Positions 30,050 to 40,027 of a stretch of DNA of 64,000 bases are shown here, piece by piece. Origin of the DNA: Balanoglossus misakiensis (taxonomy: Eukaryota; Animalia; Hemichordata). Position numbers and translations under genes: made by a program. The DNA lies in NCBI GenBank assembly GCA_040954595.2, contig CM082577.2, forward strand, positions 11,751,654 to 11,815,653, written 5' to 3'. How positions within the stretch are numbered: position 1 is the stretch's first letter; each line of letters begins with the position of its first letter. The notes beneath the pieces are model-generated. The model searched no databases, had not been told where the DNA came from, and saw nothing but the letters and a program-made list of their open reading frames with translations.

Positions 30050-30103
30050 CAATTTGGTCCCATCATAGATGTAGAGATTATCTTTAATGAAAGAGGTTCT
30101 AAG
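30050..30103 (+). CDS. RBFOX: RBFOX 54-nt RRM exon
   Basis: TTGCAG| QFGPIIDVEIIFNERGSK |GTAAGA; same boundaries as vertebrate RBFOX. Confidence 0.97.
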
Positions 30104-32347
30104 GTAAGAGTTACGCTATTATGCTTAATGCACTATACTGTTGTCTTGAACACGTCACTGCGCTTGCACTCATTATTGAAGTGGCCAGTTACTGTCTTCT
30201 TAAAACTGCAAAGCACCTTCCAAACTGACAGCCAGCTTCTTAGATGCACACATGAATTTAAAAAAAAAATGAAAATAGCAACTGGAATAGTTGTCAAACA
30301 CGAGTGGTTTTGAAAGTGAGTTATCACATTCAAAATTTGACATTTCAAATCAGAAATTGAACAGCTGTTTCGAGGTAATTTGCAGTTTTGAGCGGGGTTT
30401 TGCGAATAAGCGATTCGTGACTGGCTGCATGTGTGAAACACAAGCAAATCACAACAGCCCTCATGTGAAAGCCGGTCCCTGTTTCGACTCGGCGCAGAAA
30501 TTAACTTGACTGAAGGTTTGCATTATGCCTTCAATCACTCTGCCAGTCCTCCAGAGAGACGTGAACGAGTGCCTGTCAAAGATTTAAATTCATTAATTTG
30601 GAGTTCCTTGGGCCTTCAGAGATGTATCAGGAGGTTCTCGTTCTCCGCAGGAGTGAAATATCCTGCCTTGCCTCCTGGTGCACGACGACTTAAAGATAAC
30701 CGCATAAAAAAATATGACTGCAACATGAGAGCTGTCTTGGTTTGGCACTGTAGGATAATAGCATTTGCAAGTTTAGATTAGTTGCCACTGGGGGGAGATG
30801 CAAATGTGATTTTTTTGCCAAATTATTGCGTTAACTGTCGGTTTGCTGGGATTAAGTCTGTACAGTAACCTAATATGTGATATTTAAATGCACAAAATTC
30901 ATACTCTATCATTCCTCGTTTTATGTCTTGAGAAAAACTGCCCCAAGTGGCATTCATTCTGAAGGGACCATCGTGGTTATGGAATTTTATTTTTGAAATA
31001 TTGCTTATTGTAATGTCCGTAGAATTGTCGTGGAATGCAGTAGAAAAATCTGTCAGAGAGTTGGTTGGGGAATTCCTGCCACAAGAATTAGTGCTAATTG
31101 GGAATGGAGTGTATAGTCATGACCCCTCTGTGAATCATGTATTTTTCTCAAAAACAGTTTACCTTGTATATTCTAGCCAAATATCACTGTGAGTTCTCAC
31201 TTCAACTTTGATTTTGTTGGAAATATGCACCCCCCAAAAAGAAAATTGATTATGCGTAATAATATCAGACAAGTATATTATAGAATCTGGATAAAAGAAT
31301 CTGTGTCTTCATGCTAACAATAAGGGCAATTCAGGAAGGTTTTAGAAAAAGCAAATAGCGTTTTGAGCGTGTCTGGTCTGCTTTTACCTTGATCACACAG
31401 AGATAACGACTGTTGATGTACATGTATTTGCTGTAAGTTTGTGTCTTGATATATTTTGGTGTCACATTTGCATTTCCTGCAATCAGAGCATGGCAAAAAA
31501 ACAGAAAGTAGAATGGATTTGATTTGTGCTATGTATTGTGCACCAGATTAGCTGTAGTAATGCACACACGTTCATGTCAAGGTCATTCTGTGTGAGAGTC
31601 TCAGCCTTTACTATATCGCTGCTGCATCCACGCAAAACATTCTAGACCCAGCTCGAGAGATCAAAACAGCCAGAACGATCGTTTTACTGTTCGCAATACC
31701 CAGATTCCAGCGCGACCTGATTCTTTTGAAGTTATCATTATTGAAATTTGTGTATACAGGTATGATTGCCAATTGCAAAAGTATATAATCTCAGTAGCTG
31801 AAGTAATCTTGCCTTTATCTGGAGACAAAATGTTTTTCCCCTTCCCTCAAGTGTTTCCAAAGTGAGCCTGAAATTTTTGTGACAAGTTGGTGTTTTGCTA
31901 TGCATCAATGGTTGCATTTCCTTTTGCAGTGAAGTTAATATTTTATTAGTAATTTCTTCGGCCGGCATGATTGATTTAGTTACTGAGACCGGTTGGCAGA
32001 GCGGCGGTGTGTAGCGAGTGCAAAGGCTGGGCCCACTCCACTTTTGAGTTAATGTTCTGAATACAGATATACATTTGTATTCTTGTTATTTCTCGGTGGT
32101 GCAAATTTTTCCACTGTGTATCAAACAGGTCAACTTCAGTGGCATATCACTCTGTTTATGTCAAATCTGAATTTTTTTAGGGGGGGGGGGGATAAATATT
32201 ACCATAAATGTGACAAATTGGTGATGAATGTTTTATTTTCTGCGTCAATCATTTCTTGAAGCCGAGAGACCTTTTTGAGAGTGGAAGAGTTTGTATCGCG
32301 GACGAGTTTGAATAACTGCGTTATTTTGATACATTTCAGGACTGTTA

Positions 32348-32485
32348 GCCAATCACGTGCAACGAAGAAGCAGGTTTTAAATTTGAAAATTTCGATAATA
32401 ATGAAAAGACAAAAATGTTGTCACAGTTGCAATATGTGTCAATAACAATTTTTGTTTTCTGCTCCTTCTTTGCACCTGATTGGCC
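32348..32485. repeat. Short inverted-repeat element (MITE remnant)
   Basis: GCCAATCACGTGCAACGAAGAAGCAG pairs imperfectly with CTGCTCCTTCTTTGCACCTGATTGGC. Confidence 0.55.
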
Positions 32486-33301
32486 AAAAGTAGTCGTTGT
32501 CGATCTTCTTTGACCCACTCCTCCCATCCCATAAAATTTAGAAAACAAACAGCCAAAAAAAAAAATAGTAAACTTGTAAAGAAAAAAAAAATCTTTTAAG
32601 GTGCAAGATTATCTCAGCCTTTTGAACGAGTAAAAACATTAAATCTATCTCCTGTTAATGCTCGGATTCATGACATCAAATAATCCGTCCATGTTTGGCA
32701 TGCAGTAATCATATTCATTTGTGAACAAGTCTGGCAACCGCTGTTTAGTTTGTAGCAAGAACACTAATGGCTATGTTATACTCCCATTTCATACAACATT
32801 ACCCCCCTTTCCATCTTTTGTAATGAAATCAATCGAAATACGATATATAGTTTTCTCACCCCTTCTCTAGATTGTGTGGGTCTAGCTGATTTTGCTGATG
32901 CGTCTTCCCCCCCACAAAATAAAAAAAAATGAATCAAATCCCCCTTCTGAGATTGCACTTAGATTTGCCTGTGTTTTGAATGTCAGCAATCATGGACAGT
33001 GTCCTCATCCTGTTTCTTTTAATTTTTTATTTTTTTTGGTTAAACCATTGTCGTCTGGCAGTTGTTGACCAAGATTTCAAAGGCATGCCTGTTGCCTTCA
33101 ATGTTTTACATTTACATTTGTTGTCGTTAAATGGAAACCAGAATATGACATGCATTTGCAGAACGTTTCTACACTGACGCATGAGATATTACTTGGTGCA
33201 CCCAGAGCTGTGTGGACATCCCTCGCCGATTTGTGCCCCGATACAAATCGGATGTCCGCCATCACCAAATAACTTGTGTTTTTTATTGTATTTATATAGC
33301 T

Positions 33302-33454
33302 TGCATGAAGTTTAATGTTGTGCATGTTTTGTTATTATTTTCCCATGCATGCAGGGCTTTGGTTTTGTAACTTTCCAATCTAGTTCGGACGCCGACAGGG
33401 CAAGAGAGAAATTGAATGGAACGATCGTTGAGGGGCGCAAAATAGAGGTGCATG
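33302..33454 (+). promoter_or_regulatory. RBFOX-binding UGCAUG cluster around the 93-nt exon
   Basis: TGCATG at 33302, 33321, 33346 (within the acceptor) and 33449 (within the donor). Confidence 0.9.
33355..33447 (+). CDS. RBFOX: RBFOX 93-nt RRM exon (RNP1), the autoregulated cassette in vertebrates
   Basis: ATGCAG| [31 protein letters not shown] |GTGCATG. Confidence 0.97.
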
Positions 33455-36256
33455 TTCCTATTTTTCGTAAGACTTTGATTAACCATTCTCTCTATTCAAC
33501 CCTATTGTTAGTTCTTCGTTCTGGCACCCTCTCTCTCTCATTCTTCCCTTCCTCCTCCTCCTCGTCCCCCCACCCATTTTCCTCCTCTCATTTTTTGTCC
33601 CGCTCGCCTACAGAGGATGCTCTGCCTTTGCATGCGCGGTCGTGAGCAGTGTATGCAAAGCCTAGACCGTGTTCTGTAACAGAGTGTATTGTCAGCCAGC
33701 AATACACAGCAGTTGTGTGTCAATGACTGTTTTGTACGCATCTCTCTTCTGTGCAAGCGTAGCAAACTGGAAAAAAAAGAAAAGAAAGAAAAATGCTCCA
33801 AACAAACGTTTCGTACTTAAATGTTGCATGCTGAATTGAGAATTTCACTGTTTGCATTTTGTCGTTCACGCACACATTTTACTGAACCATATTCTCTGCA
33901 GAGCAGAAAAGCTGACCAGCAAAAACGCTGGCAGAAGAGCGACGGCTAAGCAGTCATTGACCCGACCGTCTGTGGGGTCTCACTCTCTCGCCCCCCCCCA
34001 CCCCCACCCCCCATTATATTGTCCTGTTATTATTCTCACATGTTCATGATTCCCATCGTCATCACATACGCACACAAAAAAACCCTAGAAGATCCTTGTA
34101 TCTGCCTCTATTTCTGTTCCAATAGAGCAGTTGATATACATATGGGGGCCAATGCAAAGGTATGAATTCGAATGATCAGTCGGGTGTGTCTCTAAAAAGA
34201 CTAAGTACTTTACTCACATCAGGCTTGATGAGTCCAGGTTGTGGACTCAAGGGTAAGTTGACCTTGAGAGCATCCTACCAGATTTAATACCAGTGTTCAT
34301 TTGTTCCGTTGCACTTTTGTCTTTCCTCCAATACTACTTTTTTTTATATGCTAATGAACATCTATCAATTAGAATCTTAGCTTTTAAAAGAAATGCCACT
34401 CTCTCTCTAAAGACTTCTGTCATAACCCGATAGTTGCCTTGCAAGTTGATTGTGGTGATATGTTGATGGTCTCCGCTCCCCCACATCAGTGTATATCTAT
34501 ACATGCATTTACATTACATGTAGTGTTGGGAATGTGAATTTTTGGAGAAAAGAAAAAAAAAACATCACACACTGTATGTCTATATACTGCTTGTTGTTTT
34601 CTTGTTGTGTTCAGAATGAATTGAACAATTCCCCTGGCCTCTCTTCCAACCCCCCCTCCCCCTCCCCCTATACCCCCACATCAAAGGTTACGTCTGTCAT
34701 GCTCGGCGTGTCTTGTGTATGTTCGCTGCAGCCCTGTTTAACCTTGACTTGTCCATGCATCAAACTTGTGCTTGCATTTAGGAAACTGACTGTGTCTTCT
34801 ATATAAGAGTGGGTATATAACAGTGCACCACCAAAGTAAATATAAACTGGGATTGCTAAAATGTGTTTATCCAGTTTCTAGTATTAAAAAAAGAGACATT
34901 GTCGTGTGTTGTGTCACAGGTCTTGCTCTATCTCTCTGAGTGCACGCACTTCATTGGTTTCTATGGCAACATGTATTTTTGAATGACACAGTTGGAGGCC
35001 GGTCTATTATCACATGTCATGCCCCCCACCCTGCCCCGCCCCCCAATCCGAACCCCGATTCCTGCATTTGCTCTGAGTAATGTAACTATGTGTGTACATG
35101 TGTCTAGACCCCTTCATCACTGCCTTGCCAATGTCAACGGTAAGCACAAGCTTTCTAGAAACTTTGCTCACACTGTTTTGCAAACTCTGTTGTCATAGCA
35201 AATATTACGAAATTGAGAACGATTTTGGCATTTTATTGGCAGGGGTTATTTTGCCCTGAAAAGTGAAATTTTTTGAAAATATTTTTGTTTCACATATCAG
35301 TACCAATGCTATGAACAACATAAATGCAAAACATTTCTTTGGACTGTCATATCAATAACTGTCTTTCATGTATTCTTTTTATCATATTTCATAAATACAG
35401 ATCATGTTTATGCAGATTTCTTCAACTGTTCCCTATGTCATAACCCTGTCCTCTTGTTCAATGTATTTTGTATTTCTTCACAATATGCCTAGTGTCTATG
35501 CAGTATCCAGCATTCCATGTTTTTTTCCTCTTGACCTATTAACCCAAATTGCAGTGCCATTTTCCAGTTCATAATCGAGCGTGCTATTCTGGAAGTCACA
35601 CGCCCAAATTTGAAAAACTAAATGAGTTGACTGTCTCTCAAATGGTGCCTTGTCAACTTCATGGCAGTTTACAATCGAAAAGAAATACATGTAGTGAGCT
35701 GCCAGAAATATTTCACACTGACAAGTTCTCGGACTCGTACATCAGATAGTCGTTGGGTTACACCCTGTACGACTGACTGGCACTCAAATCTTGATATTTG
35801 AGGTCTGCCCTGATTCCAAAACGCCAAAACCATTATCTGAAATGTATCTGAACTGCATAGAGACACAATTTGTGATGAAATACCACCTTTCTCTAGTACA
35901 TCAGTTTATTTTATTCTGCTGCGAAGTTTTGTTGGTGCTGTTGAAATCAGTCACATTTGTTTATGAATATTGGTCACATTTGTTTATGCATACAAAACAG
36001 AAGAAACTTATTTATATCCTCATGTTGTGAGTACATGTACCTCCTAAAAAAAATCACATCCAATATGGCACAACAAACCAACAGCAGTAATAAATGTCTT
36101 CTTCCCTGTCTTTTCCAAGTTTTCCTACTCCTTAAATTAACCTTTAACCTTTAACCCTGTGTCTTCCCTTGTATCTATATTCATGTCACAATCCCGTTTT
36201 GAATGTCTCTAGAAATTTGTTGTGTTAGACTGACATGCTGTTATTTTGCTGGCCAG

Positions 36257-36311
36257 GTTAATAACGCCACTGCACGTGTAATGACGCGGAAATCCAAGCC
36301 GCCACCAAATG
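36257..36311 (+). CDS. RBFOX: RBFOX exon, RRM end
   Basis: GGCCAG| VNNATARVMTRKSKPPPN G|GTATGC, phase-1 end. Confidence 0.95.
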
Positions 36312-37105
36312 GTATGCATCATGACTCCTTCATTTCTCCAGTTTTTTTATCTTTCTTCTTTCATTTTGTGTGTGTGGTTGGGTGTTTGCTTTTTTCTGAC
36401 AGTGAAAGTTTGAGACCCTTTCTTCTGTCAATATAAACTTCTCTAGGCAACAAAAACAGCAACATATATACACTGTAAACTTTTTATACTCTATCGATCG
36501 ATCGATATTGGCTATTTTTTCGTTGATTTTGGTGTATCTACTGTTTTGGACGACTTGCTAGAAATTTTAATCACTTCTGGAGTGGCAGTAAGATGGGTCA
36601 CAAGGTGTCTGTGTGTGTGAGTGTGGTTTACTAACTGATGATAACCACTGAATCGGGTTAGCCATGATTTCAAGCAAGCATGTTGGTTGGTTAATTCTTG
36701 TGCATGACGATTATTTTATCTGCATTATGATAGTTACAAGTTATGACATCAAAATTGTTTCATGTTGCATATTTCTGCATGAGTTTGTAAAAAAAATGGT
36801 TGCACCGTGTGGCTGAGTTGAAAAAAGCGCAATAAGTGATTGGTAACTCTGAAATTCTGGGCTGTACTTGCCGACTTTTTTCTGATAATTTCATAAATGT
36901 GTATCCGTATCACGAGGTTTTGTGTGAAAAGTTTTGAATTTCTTAGGCTGTATAAAGTAGGTCTCTGTACTAAAAATTAATGTTTTTTTTGTGGTCGTAT
37001 TTTCCCCTCTCCCCAGCCCCTCACCTGGGTTCGTGTTCAAATACAATCTGGTAACTCTGCTCGTTCCTGCATATTTTTTTCTCCCCCTCCATTCTCACAA
37101 CACAG

Positions 37106-37311
37106 CAGCAGCTGACCTGAGTAGCGTGGTCTCGCTCTACCCGATCCTGGGCGCCTTGCGAGGGGGCGTAGACCCCCTGGGGCGGGGCAGAGCCCGGGGT
37201 GCCTACGGGGCGTATCGAGTGGCCGCACCCCCTCCGGGCGCGGTGGCCGGGTACGCGCCCGCCGCTGCGTTCTACCCCGATCCGTTGTACAGTGCCAGTG
37301 AAAGGTATCAG
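37106..37311 (+). CDS. RBFOX: RBFOX exon, Ala/Gly/Tyr-rich C-terminal domain
   Basis: Pyrimidine tract plus CACAG| in phase 1; AAADLSS...LRGGVDPLGRGRARG...PPPGAVAGY...ERYQ |GTAGGT. Confidence 0.9.
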
Positions 37312-38951
37312 GTAGGTCGCCAAACAGACCCTTGAGTTGTTGAGTGGACTGTGCATGCGCCAGACTCGTGTTCATGTTTCATCGCATTTCTGAGGAAAGA
37401 AAAAAAAAAGAAACTTCCCATCCACAGGTAGAGGCATGCCTATGTAGTTTTCGTTCTCACGCATGCATCACATAACCTCTTTATTTAGTTAGTGATGATG
37501 AGAAAATATTCATCAAACATTAAAAGATTCAGAATTTTTTAATAGTCAATGACATTCATTGTTATTTTATGCACAAATTATCTACAATTTCTCTATTTTT
37601 GTCTTCAAGTGCACAGTTTTTTTTCAAATGTGTGCTCTATTTTTTCAGTTTCAAAAGTTTAATTCAAAACAGAAAAATTGCATTCCCTATACCGGTTGTC
37701 AGGAAGTCCTAGACTTGGTTACTTCTATTACCACACTTGACAAGTGAAATAAACTCCACAGAAAACGAAAAATTGTTGCTATGCTGAAGGTTCTAATTAT
37801 GAATTAGAACACAAGAACATAACATTGCCCGAGATGAGTCTACATACTCACCTTTGAAATGGAAATGACAACCAAGTACACTGTCTAGTTTGTCCTCTGT
37901 TCTCAGAGGTTGCAGTCTGTAAAACTAGGTTGCCATCAAACATGGTGTCAAGTTTATTGTGTCATTAGCAGAGATCGTGAACTCATTGCAAGAAATCAAT
38001 GAATTATGGAGGGGAAAGTTGTTTCAGATCACTTTGTTAAAATGTGTGCATGGTGATTGCGATGATAGCTGGGAAAATAGGAAGTTTCAAAGCAGTCGGC
38101 AAATCGTGGTATCAACTTCTGACAAAATGTGTACGTTCAACCGGAACATCAGATGACTGTCTGAATTGAACATAAAATCCGTGTAATTCAGTCGTATTCA
38201 GCTCAGACTTGTTTAATTAGACTGACAGGAAATGTCAAGGTTTATTTCCCTCAACACCTGAATGCAGAAGAGCTGTATGGTCGATAAGAGTGAAGTTGGA
38301 AAATCTGCAGCTTTGCATGTAAATAAATGATATCACGCATGTGTGCTAACAAATACTAACGTTGATAATGCATGGAGGTATCTTTAATATAGTGTACACG
38401 GTCTGCTCCCATCCTCTGTCCGAGATCGAGATTATGAAACTGTGATATGGCCTACATGATGTGACCTATCAGTTTGTGAGAAATATCACTTGCGTTCAAT
38501 ACACAGATTTCTGATCAACTTGTACGTGATGACTGACGAAAGTCGTTGATGAGACAAAACTACAGCACATTTGGGGACAGAATTAAAATTTGAACCATTT
38601 CAAATTTTACAACATACATGTACCAAAATCGCTCAAAAGCTGTCATAGAAATCGTAATTATACCTATAGTTCTTCCATGAAAATTCTATATCAAAATTTT
38701 CCTGTGACAGGCAAAAACAAATGCCCAACTACAATTATCAAAGCAGAGGTGTGTTTTCTGTCCTGTCGTGCACCAATGTTGAGTTGCTGCAGTTAACCCA
38801 CACGGAACACCGGTAACAACTGTGTCTTATTTTTAACAAAAGCATATTATTGTGTAACTTAACGTGGTGTTGTGCTTGCATGATAGTAACGTTTCCTTTT
38901 TTTTGTTCTTCTGTCTTTGTCAATAAAACAAAGGCTGAACTTCTGTTACAG

Positions 38952-39065
38952 GCAGGCTACCCAGGCTATGGGCGCTACGCCCAACCCACGGCTTACACCA
39001 TACCGTATGCTAGGGAGTACGCCGACCCTTACCATCACACGATAGGACCTGCCACTGCATACGGG
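38952..39065 (+). CDS. RBFOX: RBFOX penultimate coding exon (alternative acceptor at 38934 possible)
   Basis: TTACAG| AGYPGYGRYAQP...YADPYHHTIGPATAYG |GTGGGT; RYAQP and ADPYHH are Fox-1 C-terminal motifs. Confidence 0.88.
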
Positions 39066-39578
39066 GTGGGTTTTTGCTCATCCATATTTCTTGTCGGGAA
39101 ATTCTTTGATGCAGTGTGCCCTCTAACAAACATCATTTTTGAAAGTCAATTTGAGGATTTCTTAAAAATTTCTCTGAGTCAGCCCTGTACCTTTGCATGT
39201 AGTGTTGATAATTTTCTGGCGTCACCAGTGAGTTGTTGAGTCAGTGACGCGTCATCTGGGCTTAGAGGGCACACTGCTTTGATGTCCACACATCTCTATC
39301 TCTCTCTCTCCTCTTTTGGCTTATTTTTTATGTTGAGCTCATCCCAAGCATGATACGATTAAAACCATAGAGGTTATTATTAACACCGACCACACATAAT
39401 TGGTGTCTGTGTGATTCCATAAGATAAGCTGACCTTGACGGGTTAAAGGTGAAAGGTTAAAAAAAGTGCATGGATGTTTGGATGCAGTCGAGGGGAGTTT
39501 TATCACGCGCGACCCACCATACAGTGTATCACATTGTCAAGTAGTAAATGAATGGATTTATATCTCTTTCCGTCAGTG

Positions 39579-39875
39579 AGGGAATGGTGACGTCTTTTAC
39601 TTATGAGGTACAGTTTTCTTATGCTGTCGCCTCACGCTACATCTGACCAACTCCCATAGAAGCTCCAGTTGAAATCTCTGGCTTTACTGGGCCAGTAAAC
39701 CAATCCGATGGTGCCTTATAGAGAACGATAGGTATCCTTTAGTGTAAATCGACGTAACGTGCAATGTGATTGGCCGGGTCGGAATGCGAGATTTCATTGG
39801 GAGTTGGTCAGATGTAGTGTGAGGCGACAGCATAGGAATACCGTACCGCGTAAGTAAAAGACGTGGCTGTTCCCT
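39579..39875. mobile_element. Hairpin MITE in the last RBFOX intron
   Basis: About 75-bp inverted arms (ACGTCTTTTACTTA...TATGCTGTCGCCTCAC..TACATCTGACCAACTCCC and its reverse complement), AGGG...CCCT ends. Confidence 0.85.
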
Positions 39876-39982
39876 ACATCTGATTTTAATCAGATTGTAC
39901 TTTCCATCGTGTCTGTTCTCTATTGAGATGAGTGAGCCAATGACAGTTGTTTAACTCTTCACTAATTCTTCTCTCCCAACAG

Positions 39983-40027
39983 GCGAGTGTTTACAGAGGC
40001 GGATACAGTCGTTTCTCACCCTACTGA
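39983..40027 (+). CDS. RBFOX: RBFOX last coding exon with PY-type NLS (ASVYRGGYSRFSPY*)
   Basis: ACTAAT branch point at 39961, CAACAG| acceptor; matches the RBFOX C-terminus ASxYRGGYxRFxPY. Missed by the ORF track. Confidence 0.95.
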   Translation, partial: ASVYRGGYSRFSPY

